Positions 36,117 to 49,319 of a DNA stretch of 64,000 nucleotides are shown here, piece by piece. The notes under the pieces were generated by a model. The model worked only from the letters and a program-made list of their open reading frames with translations. It was not told the origin of the DNA and ran no database searches. Every line of letters begins with the position of its first letter. Position 1 is the stretch's first letter. The stretch covers positions 3,224,001 to 3,288,000 of the forward strand of contig NC_092344.1 in NCBI RefSeq assembly GCF_963676685.1, in the 5' to 3' direction. The stretch comes from Mytilus edulis. Lineage: Eukaryota. The position numbers and the translations under genes are program-made.

Positions 36117-37556
36117 GTAATTAAGAGGCTAATTTGCTATATAGTTACTAAAATAACCAAAAGTTTTGTCATTGATTGGAATTGTGCACACATTTTGAAA
36201 ATAAACGTGTGCATATGGAAATAGCTTCTATGTATTTCCTTTTTTCAATAACGAAAGTAAAAGTTGTTAATTCAGCGGTTTATACATTTGATTTGATAAT
36301 TGATTGTGCAATTTAATTGACATTTGAAATATAATATACCCTCCCCCTTTTTATAAAGTTTGAAGCATATTAAGAGTCTTTATAATCAATATATTGTATA
36401 AACTGAATCCTCAAAGGTAATCAACTGATCCGGAGATGAAGAAATCGATAGAATTATCATTCATAATCAGTCATGTGTGAAAAAGTCAAGTAGAAAAAAT
36501 GTAAACTTTTATTCTTCAAACATGACAGTTAATTACATTTTATGATCATGATGATGGCAAGCTATAAAATGGTTACATGGTATAACATTAATTAATGTTT
36601 ACGTGGGTTTCTTGCATGTTTTCTCATTTATTATTCAGGACTATTTAAGCTTTAGCCTAATAGTTATACAATTTGAAGCAGCAATGTATAGAACAATGAC
36701 TAATTGATGGCTCCATGCTATTTTTCAAGCTGCAAGTCATTCAAAATTGCCCAAATTTTCATAGATTGTTCATAAAAAAAGTTTAAAACCCAATTCTCAA
36801 CTTTAAACAAAATGATAAAACCAAGACAGACCAAAAGTATTACCAAATCCAGTAAAAGAATCCAAGCTTTGCATGAAATGCATTTCCTGAACGTAATAGG
36901 TGTGTGTTATGCTGGACAGAACTTTTCAGTTTTGAATTGAGAGTTGAATAAGATGTGAAGCAATTTTCCACCTACATTTACCTACAATGTCTTGATTTTT
37001 AAATAGTTTTAATTCTTAAACACTTTTACAGATAATCATGTTAAGGAGGGGTATTTGCGAAAAATACCAGTCGAGAGAATGTTAAATTTCGCGAGCAGTA
37101 AAGACTGGTATTTTTCGCAAATACCCCTCAAGAACATGCTATATCTGTTTAATTGCACCAAATGTTAATGTTCAAAAACGCATTGATGATCGTGACGTTA
37201 CAAGCGTCCAGTCGGATAGAGTATTTTTTGGCAAATACCACGGCAGAGAGGATATAAAAGGCATATCCTTTTTGTAAATACCCCGGCGGCTTTAAAAAAA
37301 GAACTATATTCATTTGATAACAGTAAATTGGTGAAAAATACACTGGCTATCAACCAAGCAAAACCAAAGATTCTTACATAAGGTGTAATTATATTGGAAA
37401 TAGAATGGAAAGCTTAATGCACAGATTTTAATTAACACTTTTTTCAGTACATTTGTACTAACAAGTTATTGTCATTTTACACATGATTAAAAGTTTAAAA
37501 GTATAGCATTTTTCACATTTCTTGGGATGTTTGAGCACATTGCCAGAGTGGCTTTA

Positions 37557-37770
37557 GAAATTAAAGGTCATTCCTATTTATTATTGCTGACTAACAATGG
37601 AAATTAAAGGTCATTCCTATTTATTATTGTTGACTATAAATGGAAATTAAAGGTCATTCCTATTTATTATTGCTGACTATAAATGGAAATTAAAGGTAAT
37701 TCCTATTTATTATTGCTGACTATAAATGGAAATTAAAGGTCATTCCTATTTATTATTGCTGACTAACAAT
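37557..37770. repeat. 43-bp minisatellite, ~5 copies, NAMPT intron 1
   Basis: GAAATTAAAGGTCATTCCTATTTATTATTGCTGACTATAAATG. Confidence 0.92.
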
Positions 37771-38028
37771 GACACAGCACTGTTAAACCATAATCTGCTT
37801 GTTACTAACAAGGAAGTGATTGTTTGATGGTCCTTGTTCACGTTGTTTGTATTGGACCCCTGGTGTTTGTATTTACAAATCATATCACACATGCTACATG
37901 TAGAGCTTTGATAAGAATAATGCGTTATAAAACGAGACACATTATGATTTGGTAGTTGATTTCATCAACTGTTGAAATCAACTGTTCCAAATATTTAAAA
38001 TTTAGAGGGGGTGATATTTTTAAGCCTA

Positions 38029-39010
38029 GTTTTTGGTTTGTTATGTCTCTGTCAGCATGGTCAGATTACATTTTGAGGTTTTTGGTTTGTTATGTCTCTG
38101 TCAGCATGGTCAGATTACATTTTGAGGTTTTTGGTTTGTTATGTCTCTGTCAGCATGGTCAGATTACATTTTGAGGTTTTTGGTTTGTTATGTCTCTGTC
38201 AGCATGGTCAGATTACATTTTGAGGTTTTTGGTTTGTTATGTCTCTGTCAGCATGGTCAGATTACATTTTGAGGTTTTTGGTTTGTTACGTCTCTGTCAG
38301 CATGGTCAGATTACATTTTGAGGTTTTTGGTTTGTTACGTCTCTGTCAGCATGGTCAGATTACATTTTGAGGTTTTTGGTTTGTTACGTCTCTGTCAGCA
38401 TGGTCAGATTACATTTTGAGGTTTTTGGTTTGTTACGTCTCTGTCAGCATGGTCAGATTACATTTTGAGGTTTTTGGTTTGTTACGTCTCTGTCAGCATG
38501 GTCAGATTACATTTTGAGGTTTTTGGTTTGTTATGTCTCTGTCAGCATGGTCAGATTACATTTTGAGGTTTTTGGTTTGTTATGTCTCTGTCAGCATGGT
38601 CAGATTACATTTTGAGGTTTTTGGTTTGTTATGTCTCTGTCAGCATGGTCAGATTACATTTTGAGGTTTTTGGTTTGTTATGTCTCTGTCAGCATGGTCA
38701 GATTACATTTTGAGGTTTTTGGTTTGTTATGTCTCTGTCAGCATGGTCAGATTACATTTTGAGGTTTTTGGTTTGTTATGTCTCTGTCAGCATGGTCAGA
38801 TTACATTTTGAGGTTTTTGGTTTGTTACGTCTCTGTCAGCATGGTCAGATTACATTTTGAGGTTTTTGGTTTGTTATGTCTCTGTCAGCATGGTCAGATT
38901 ACATTTTGAGGTTTTTGGTTTGATATGTCTCTGTCAGCATGGTCAGATTACATTTTGAGGTTTTTGGTTTGTTATGTCTCTGTCAGCATGGTCAGATTAC
39001 ATTTTGAGGT
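38029..39010. repeat. 49-bp minisatellite, ~20 near-identical copies, NAMPT intron 1
   Basis: GTTTTTGGTTTGTTATGTCTCTGTCAGCATGGTCAGATTACATTTTGAG. Confidence 0.97.
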
Positions 39011-39318
39011 GATTTTGCATCAGTTTGTCTATCATGATAAATACAACATAGACACATGGGAACAATAGGTCGAAATCATGTTTCTCCTGCTATCTTGAAT
39101 CTTGTAAATTATCTTTTGTATTCATTAAAATGTACATTTGTATGCTTCTTTATCTTTCTTGAAATATACATTATACAAATTTACAATGTACATGATGTAA
39201 AAAATGATGTATGTCATCAAATATTACATTTGACCATAAATTACTCTTTTTGAATATTCTTGATTATCCACTTGAAATTAAAGTACCATTATTGTAATAG
39301 ATTGTACTTTTATTTTAG

Positions 39319-39657
<339 letters not shown>

Positions 39658-39677
39658 TAAATGAAGAACTGAGATTA

Positions 39678-40715
39678 TGTAACAGTAAATTTGGTCCAGT
39701 AGTAAAATTTGTCCTCCAGACTTTTTTTCCTAGTTAATCAAGTCGATGTCCATGATTTTACTAGGAATATAAGTCCTAGGACAAATGTTCCTAGGAAAAT
39801 AAGTCCATAGCTACATTTTGTAGTAAATTATGTCTGACACTTGTTTTCCAAGGAAAAATTGTCCCAAGACTTGTTTTTCTTATAGTTTTATTATATCATA
39901 AAATATATTTAAAATAGATGAAAAAATGTTAGATAAGATTGGAAAATTTCCAATTAAAATGAAGGACATTTCCTTTATAACCTAATTAAAACATGAATAT
40001 TGAGTTCCCATTGCTTATAACATTTTCCTTTTATAATAAAAGACATGGACATTTTTACCTAGGAATACTAATAACATATAAAAAAGAAGATGTGGTATGA
40101 TTGCCAATGAGACAACTATCCACAAAAGACCAAAATGATATAGACATGATTTCCTAGGAAAATTAGTCTGGGGACATAAATTTTATTTAAAAAATTGATA
40201 CACAATTCTTTAACAATATTAAAACATATTACATTTATATTCACCTTTTAAAATTAAGGGCATGGACATTTTAACCTAGAATTATTAATGACATGGACAT
40301 GATTTCCTAGGAAAATTAGTCTGGAGACAAATGTTATTAAACAGATTGATACACAACTTTTTCGTTTTGTCTTTAGCAATATTAAAATATATTACATTCA
40401 TATTCACCTTTTAAAATTAAGGGCATGGACATGATTTCGAAGGAAAATTAGTCTGGGGACATGAATTTTATCAAAAATATAACTATGCAGCTCTTAAACA
40501 TTACTAAAACATAACATTTAAATTTCCATGGTTTAAATGTAATTGAATTTATTATATGATTTTAAAGGACATGATTACCTAGGAAAATTAGTCTGGGGAC
40601 ATATATTACTAACATCGGACTAAATATACTAGTAAATTCTGTAACCATGGACTTTTTATACTAGTAATGTTCGTCCGCCCAGACATATTTTACCAGGACA
40701 AATTTATCACTTACA
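39678..40715. mobile_element. Non-autonomous DNA transposon, Ginger-like ends, NAMPT intron 2
   Basis: TGTAA...TTACA termini, imperfect ~35-bp TIRs, 4-bp TSD ATTA, internal CCTAGGAAAATTAGTCTGGGGAC repeats. Confidence 0.68.
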
Positions 40716-40952
40716 ATTACACAAACCACACTTTGTAAAACAATCAACTGAAGTAAAAATTAGCAAAATTAGAACAAAATAATTCTTCTAGGATTTTTCA
40801 AGCCAATATTCATGATACTGAACAATACAAACTTTTTACCTCTTTATGAAATATTTGAAATTATGAAGTTAATGTGTGTGCATATAAAACCAACAGTTTG
40901 ATTGAAAAAAAAAATAGCTAGTTCAAAGAAAAATCAGATTTTATTTATTTAA

Positions 40953-41156
<204 letters not shown>

Positions 41157-41214
41157 TGATCTACATGTATGATACAAACACTAGCAGTCTAGCTGAACCT
41201 GTTAGTTAAAGTAA

Positions 41215-41442
<228 letters not shown>

Positions 41443-43159
41443 TAAGGGGTTTCATTTTTGTCAAAAACTACTCAAGAACACACAAAGTCAACTACAAATG
41501 TAAGAGATACTAGAAGTATCCACTTAGAATATTTGAGTATATATTTTAATTCTTAGTAATTTTATAAGCATTCAAACTTAGCATGAATATGCATGAAAGA
41601 TTTGCAACTGGTCATTAAGCAAAACAACAATAAGTCTGACGTGTGTTGCAGACATCTGAATAAAAAAGAATCTAAAGGTTGCAGTCTTGTAATTGAATGC
41701 TCCATAGGCTTACATGCAAAACAGCTGATCTTTGAAAATAAAAAAAATAAAAAATGATACATAGAAAATTTTGTTCATGTTCATATCATGTATGTACTAA
41801 TGTGAAATTGTGAATTAATTGAAAAAAATATGGGTCATGCCACAAAGAATAAAAAGTTACGTCAACCTGAGGTCAAAACATTTTTTTCCTACTTTCTGTT
41901 TGCTGTTTTAACTAGGCTGCACCACTTCCAGTAAACATGATATCCTTCCACTTTCCTGGATTGATATCCCCCAAATGATGCAAGATTTTTTTAAAGTCTA
42001 TATATATGTTTCAATTCAGCATAAACCTATAATCAAACAGGAAAAATTGAGTTCAGTAAAAAATTCAGAAAAAAATGCACTATTTTGTTTCCCTCCATGT
42101 TTTGACATGCACCGGAAACTGGAGTTGTAATACAAGACTGGTACTTAATGAGAAATGGTTTTCTTTGTGAAGATAAATAAGCAATCAGTCTTCAATTTCT
42201 CTAATTCATACTTCAAATGCCTGTCACTTTAAAAATCAAACTGGAGAATATATAATAAGTGAGGACACTTGTTCTCAATATTGAAATTTAATGTCCTCGA
42301 TTTTGACATCTGTCAAAGTGTTCCAGATAAATTAAGTTATTAATATAAGAAGATTAGTTCCTAATTAGTACCACTAAAGATAGTTTAATCTGGATCACTT
42401 ATAGGAGATATAACTTATAAGTGTATTTATTGTAAATGCCTGTGATTACTGGCTCTAATTAACCCACGTCATTACAGTTTAACTTACTTAAACACTCTGG
42501 TTAAGATTATTATTTATTCAGTGACAGACATTTGAAATAATTAAACCTTATTACTGTGTATTAAATCTATTGGGTAATACATGTACTTAATCAGGTGACA
42601 TGAAGTATTAAAACTATTGGGTAATACCTTATCAGGTGACATGAAGTATTTAAGGTAAATAAAAAGGTTGTTGCCCTTAGAAGTGGTAAATACTCAAGAT
42701 TATTCAGCACCCATAAAAATAGACCTTTATGGGTCACAATTTTGTATATAAATTTACATTCTAGAGGCCACAATTTTTTATCAAAAAAAGAAAAGAAACA
42801 AATGATAAGTAATATTGCCTTTAATGAAGCAAAATGTTTTGTGCATTCAAATTCTGTAACGGTTATATCTAATTCCATGGATAAACAATTTTTCATAATT
42901 TATTTCAAACAAAAATCTATAAATATAACTCTCAAATATATATATAACATAAGAGAAGTTCATATTTTAACAATTTTGTTAATCCACAAATTATAATTGC
43001 AGTGATATATTTTCAATACGATTTTAACTGGATTTTAAGAACGAACGTAATTGATTTAGGGATGTACAGAAGCAGGGGATGGCTGCCATTCACTGTCTGT
43101 TCATTAACATGAAAACCCTTTAACAAAATCTCTTCAAATATAGATATGTTTCTCATTGC

Positions 43160-43367
43160 CGTTTTTATATAGATTAGGCCGTTGGTTTTCCTGTTTGAAT
43201 GGTTTTACACTAGTAATTTTGGGGGCCCTTTATAGCTTGCTCTTCGGTGTGAACCAAGGCTCCGCGTTGAAGGCCGTACCTTGACTTAAAATGGTTTACT
43301 CTTATAAATTGTTACTTGGATGAAGAGTTGTCTCATTGGCACTCATACCACATCTTCCTATATCTAT
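43160..43367 (+). repeat. Family A2 interspersed repeat (also ~14680-14940, 22190-22408, 7040-7150; related 44828-45110 minus)
   Basis: GGGGCCCTTTATAGCTTG..GTTGAAGGCCGTACCTTGAC..GTTGTCTCATTGGCACTCATACCACATCTTCC. Confidence 0.75.
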
Positions 43368-44012
43368 GTACTTTTGGGATAAAGATTGCATAAAATGCAA
43401 TCAAAACCATATGTTACTGACTTAAAATCTAAATATTCCAAGGCTTATCACTTCCTTTTTGATACACAAAATATTGTGCATTGATCATAACATTCTAGAC
43501 ATCCTATACATGAACATTTCCAGAAATTTATCAAAGCTTAGATACTCAACACTCAAAAGGATGTTACATCTGACAAAAAAAATCATTAGAAATCAAACAT
43601 CTATTCTAAAAATATAAATCATTGTTAAAGTCATCTTTATAATTTGGAGTTATCTCCCATTGTCCAGAACTTTAGTTGAATCGACTACAACCTACTTTAT
43701 TTACAGTAACATTGCTATATTTTATTTTACTTCCCCCTGATAAATTAACACAATCTTTATTCTTTAGTGCTAAAAAATGCTATGTATGTTATGAGTTCGA
43801 CCAAGAGATATTGTGTAGAGGGAACCCACTGTATCAGTACAGATTAATATTGGAATATGTATACTTAGTTATTATACCTGGCTATGACAGGTCTAACCTT
43901 CCAAAAATCTCACCTTTAATTTAATAAGGGTAAAACATTGAGTATAAGACTGATGATCCCCAAGATTTCAAAATTCTAATTCTAATAATAATTATCTGGT
44001 TTTATTTTACAG

Positions 44013-44143
44013 TCAGCTGGTATTGGTGGATGTTCCCATCTTGTGAACTTTCAAGGAACTGATACAATAGCAGGGATCATGACAGCTAGAACCTATTATG
44101 GTTGTCAAATAGCAGGCTTTTCTATACCAGCAGCAGAACATAG
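44013..44143 (+). CDS. NAMPT: NAMPT exon 5
   Basis: SAGIGGCSHLVNFQGTDT...SIPAAEH(S), containing the catalytic phospho-His; phase-2 donor. Confidence 0.95.
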
Positions 44144-44585
44144 GTTTGTTAACCTCATATTGTTAGATTGTTTTTGTTTCATTGGTAATCAAACCACATC
44201 ATCTATGAATAAATGTACAAAGCTTCAATATCACTTAAGATTTTTCACTGCTTACAATAATAAATGCATGCACACATTTCTGAATTTGCAGAACCTTTTT
44301 CAAGCTCTAGATATAATTAAGATAAATTGAACACTTGCTAGTAAATAAGTTAATGCAAATATTATTTTGATTGTAATATGACTTGCATTAATCATTTCCC
44401 AGGTCTACCAACAATTGAAAGAATTATTCTTGCAACGTATGCAATGATTTTAAGTAACATTGGAATTTAGAGGCAATTTTGGCATTTTAACTTTAAAATC
44501 TATGAAAAAAATAATATGTGTATGTCTTTTAATCCTAAATTAGCAAGATCTTTATGTTAACCGTAATTAATATGTATATTTTCAG

Positions 44586-44811
44586 CACAATTACCACTTG
44601 GGGAAGAAACGGTGAATATGAAGCTTTTAAAAATATGTTAACAAATTTTCCTACTGGACTTGTTGCTTGTGTAAGTGACAGCTATGATCTGTGGAATGCC
44701 TGTGAGAAAGTCTGGGGTGAGGAACTGAAAGATTTAATCGTGTCAAGAGGGGATAAAGGAACTCTTGTTGTTCGTCCAGATAGTGGAGATCCACCAGAGA
44801 TTGTTGTCAAG
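44586..44811 (+). CDS. NAMPT: NAMPT exon 6
   Basis: TITTWG...VSDSYD...VVRPDSGDP...VVK; AG/GT boundaries. Confidence 0.95.
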
Positions 44812-45728
44812 GTAACCATATATAGATATATATAAGAAGATGTGGTATGAGTGCCAATGAGACGACTCTCCATCCAAGTCACAATTTATACAAGAAAAAC
44901 CTTTAAAGGTCAATGTACAGTCTTCAACACAGAGCCTTAGCTTACACTGAACAGCAAGCCCCAAAGGGGCTTGTCAACTAATGACAAATACTGTACATCA
45001 GGTTCCTGACTTAGAACAGGTGCTAATAAATGCAGCTGGTTTAATTGTTTTAATAGTTAACAATCTTTACCCTTACCTAAATAAAAGTGTAACATCACAA
45101 AACAGAAATACACACTATATAACTTTATTTATCTAATACTACAAGAAAAATGTCTAAAATATTAGCAATAGAAACTATTTTATATATTATACAACCTCAA
45201 ATATACCTGATTTAACTTCAAGGGATAGACTGGGTATTGAAATATGGTCTTTCCTTTGTCTTCTTCCTTGCATGGGGCTTCTGAATGGCTGTGCAGAATG
45301 AATAGATTTGCAGCCACCTCCAGTCAGAATGGGGAAGCTAAATATGATGTCTGGTGTAGAGAGCCATGCTATCTGCACATAAAAAAAACTTTTTACAACT
45401 CTTTCTTATGTGGCCTGTTGCAATATGAAATTTATGTCCCTATCAAATCAGAGGCATTCAAAATTTCCCATCTATCATCCAAGTCAAGACCCAATTTAGT
45501 ACCTATCTATTGTATTTATGTTAGTGTGTTCTAGTCATGATCATGCATATTACCAAGATATTTTATTTATTTACATGTTTTGGTTTCTAATGCAAGTTTT
45601 AATTTTACCATATAATTGAAAAATTTGGTTCTTACATCATAGAAATATAGGAATTTTTCATCTGACTTTAAATAATTTCATTTATGATAGTCATAAAAGT
45701 ATCATAAAAAATAGTATGTTTGTTGTGA

Positions 45729-46073
<345 letters not shown>

Positions 46074-46114
46074 TAGGTCAATTAAAGCTATTGTAGTTAC
46101 AACACAACTGTAAT

Positions 46115-46895
46115 CAGTCAGGGGACCTACTGAAATAAGTGATTTTTAAATCATATAATCACTTATTTGAGTAGCAAATTCAAGGTTTTGTCACAAATTG
46201 GGATTTTGTAGTTTTTTTAAAAATTTAAACACATAGGTTTAAATAACATCTTTTAATTAGTAAAATTAAAAAATATGAACTTTTTGCTTCTTTTAAGTAG
46301 CAAGGTTTATGCCTTTGATGCTATCATTTACCTGAAAATTCTATTTTAGTTGAAAAAATGCTATAATAATGGCTTAACATAATGAACTGATACTTTCTTA
46401 AAAGATTTTTCACAGCAGTGGGAGTATTTTTCCTGTGAAGTTCAAGGTTTCATCTTTCAGATTATGTAATAAAATTCTACTGTTCACGATAAAAATTTCA
46501 CTGTTCGGGGGTGTTAAAATTAGTGGGGGTTATTAAAAGAATGATACTTAAAAAAGTGATTTTTGGGAAGGAAATTGAGGTCTGATACTTAAACAAGTGA
46601 TTTTTATGTCATTATCCTAGATTCAGTACAAGGTCATCACCTGAAATGACCTGGTCATCCTAGACAACACAGATGTTGGTTCTGATAAGTTTAGAAACAT
46701 AATTAGTCCCTGGATCATTAGTATTCTATATTTAAAGCTACACTAATATTAAATCACTTCTTCTAGTGATTATTTTGTACTACTTAAATAGGTGATTATT
46801 AAAGAAAGACAACTCTAACTTCCAACCTTTATGATAATAATGTTACTTGAATCAGTGATTTAGAAAATCACTTGTTTAAGTAAGTCCTCTGACTG
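46115..46895. mobile_element. Non-autonomous TIR element, 781 bp, 5-bp TSD, NAMPT intron 7
   Basis: CAGTCAGGGGACCTACTGAAATAAGTGATTTT versus reverse complement CAGTCAGAGGACTTACTTAAACAAGTGATTTT; GTAAT on both flanks. Confidence 0.75.
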
Positions 46896-47884
46896 GTAAT
46901 AATATATATTTACACTTTTTGGTATTAAGCTGAATTGCTATAAATGACTGTAACTCTTGTCTGAATAACCTTCTAACGTCCTGCAACAATCACTTCTAAT
47001 TTTGACATAATTTATAAACTACCACAAAAATTTTGAGGTCGTATTATGGTATAATGTTGTCTTGAAGTGAACTTAAGTATAAGTGTATGGGTCTCTTCGA
47101 AATTGTACTGCAAGGTTTCATACCACATTAGCAAGGTTAGGATTGATTTTGGTAATTATTGTCCTAATTCAAGCTAATTGCTTTTAATAAGAAAATGTCT
47201 AATTTCAAATTCTAAGGTCTTAGATAGCATTCATTCCTTGTCAGAAACCTGCATATGTTTGTTGTGTCAAATATTTATTCTAATGCAATTATTTTGTATC
47301 AAAGGTTCTGATTGGATGACAGTAATCGTAAAATTTTCTATATCCTTGTCTGTAACTAAGGAAACCAACATTTTGAATTGCGGAATGTATTGATATATAA
47401 TTTCTACAATAATAAGCCAAAAAACTCGCTTGTTGCACCTAGAAACCTTCTATTTATCAAATTTTTTTACACTTTGAAGCAGCCAGTAAGCCAGAAAACG
47501 CCAGGTTGTTGCATTTGACACCGGAAGCATACCTATTACATCCCCTAGTTTAGGGGCCAAAGAAGATAAAAAAACTTCGTGGAATTTTCTTAAATGAACA
47601 TTGTACACTGAACTAATGAATGAAATTGATTTATGTACTTGTTTTGCATTAAAATAGAGATAACTTTATTGCATTTGAAGCTTTGTGAACGTCCATTGTT
47701 AGTTTTAATGTCACAAATACCTGTTTACCTGTCTCCACTACGTGCTGCCAGGTAAACTAAATTTGCAACAGTAAAACTACTGATGGACGTCCGCAAAGCT
47801 TCAAATACATGCAGTTATCTCTTAATTCACAATCTAAATTCTTGGTTCAACCTGTCAAATCATATCATATATGTTTTCATTTGT

Positions 47885-48137
47885 TTCTATGCCCCACTTA
47901 GGGGAATCCTGTTTTTTGGTCTATGCGTCTGTTCGTCCATCTGACCAGCTTCAGGTTAAAGTTTTTTGTCAATGTAGTTTTTGATGAAGTTAATAAAGTC
48001 CAATCAACTTGAAACTTAATAAGCATATTCCCTTGGATAAAAATCTTTCTAGTTTTAATTCCAAAATAGAGTTTTTACCAATTTCAATGTAGAAAATGTG
48101 AGTGGGGAATCTGTGTAATATGGACACATTCTTGTTT
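47885..48137 (+). mobile_element. Possible Helentron-associated (HINE/DINE-like) remnant
   Basis: T-rich flanks, ATGCCCCACT / AGTGGGGAAT subterminal inverted repeat, GTCY-like tract, 3' stem-loop TGTGT..ACACA. Confidence 0.45.
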
Positions 48138-48571
48138 TAAGCATTTTCAAATTTTTATATTTTCCCTTTGAAACCAGTCTGTACAATTTTCTAATAGAGT
48201 GGTCTCTTTTTAAAATAGTGTTTTTGCTGGTAAAACAATAAAGGGGACAGTAAGGTTCAATTAGGGTAAAAAAAATAAAGGTCATTGCAATAAAAAAACA
48301 TGCAATTTTGAATAAGTAATGCTAAAAAATTTGTAAAATAAATTTGGTGATTGGTAAAGGCAACCTGAAATGTTATTATATTCCTCTAATTTATATGTGG
48401 TTAAGTAAGAACTGGTTTCTTCATGCAAAATTAAACCTCCAAAAACTTTTTATTTTTTTTGAAGTATAGACTTTCAAATTACACACAATTAGTCATATAA
48501 CACATGTTACTACACAGTAATTTGACTTTTTAACCAGTTTTCTTACAATAATACAAATAAAACTTTTGTAG

Positions 48572-48721
<150 letters not shown>

Positions 48722-49205
48722 TGATCTAGAAACAGCAATATCTACAAAGAATGACTTTAATATTGAAAATACAAATGATCAAAATAAAATTCCTAAATTC
48801 AACTTATTTGAATTTTCCATTTACCAATATCTGATGTCCATCAGAGCATTTTTCATTTTTTTTTATTAGAAATTGAAAATTGTCTTGGAAGCCAGCAATC
48901 CTGCATTTAGTTGACTGTCATCATTAAAGTTCAATGTGTGATTAAAGTTTTTAAGACATTAATAACTTTGTCATGATCAATCCTTCATTGCAATTGTGAA
49001 ACTTTGACAAGCTTTGTTATGATCAAATATATTTTGAAAGCATTTTCCTGAGCATACACAGTTTAAAGGATATGCATGAATCACCCAACATTGGACTGCT
49101 CTTCTTTTACTTATCTTTTTACTGAAGCTGTATAGAACTAAGGCATGTTTCACATATCATCATGACTTCACATTTATTTATTCAATTTAATTATTTATTT
49201 TTCAG

Positions 49206-49319
49206 GACTTACTTATCACAGTGTTTGAAAATGGAAAATTATTACGGGACTATACATTTGATGAGGTTCGACAAAATGCTGAATTGCCATTGGTGAAAGA
49301 AAGGAAGGCATCATCATAA
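49206..49319 (+). CDS. NAMPT: NAMPT exon 9 (last coding exon); total CDS 1431 nt, 476 aa
   Basis: TTTCAG|GAC; DLLITVFENGKLLRDYTFDEVRQNAE...TAA. Confidence 0.93.
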   Translation, partial: DLLITVFENGKLLRDYTFDEVRQNAELPLVKERKASS

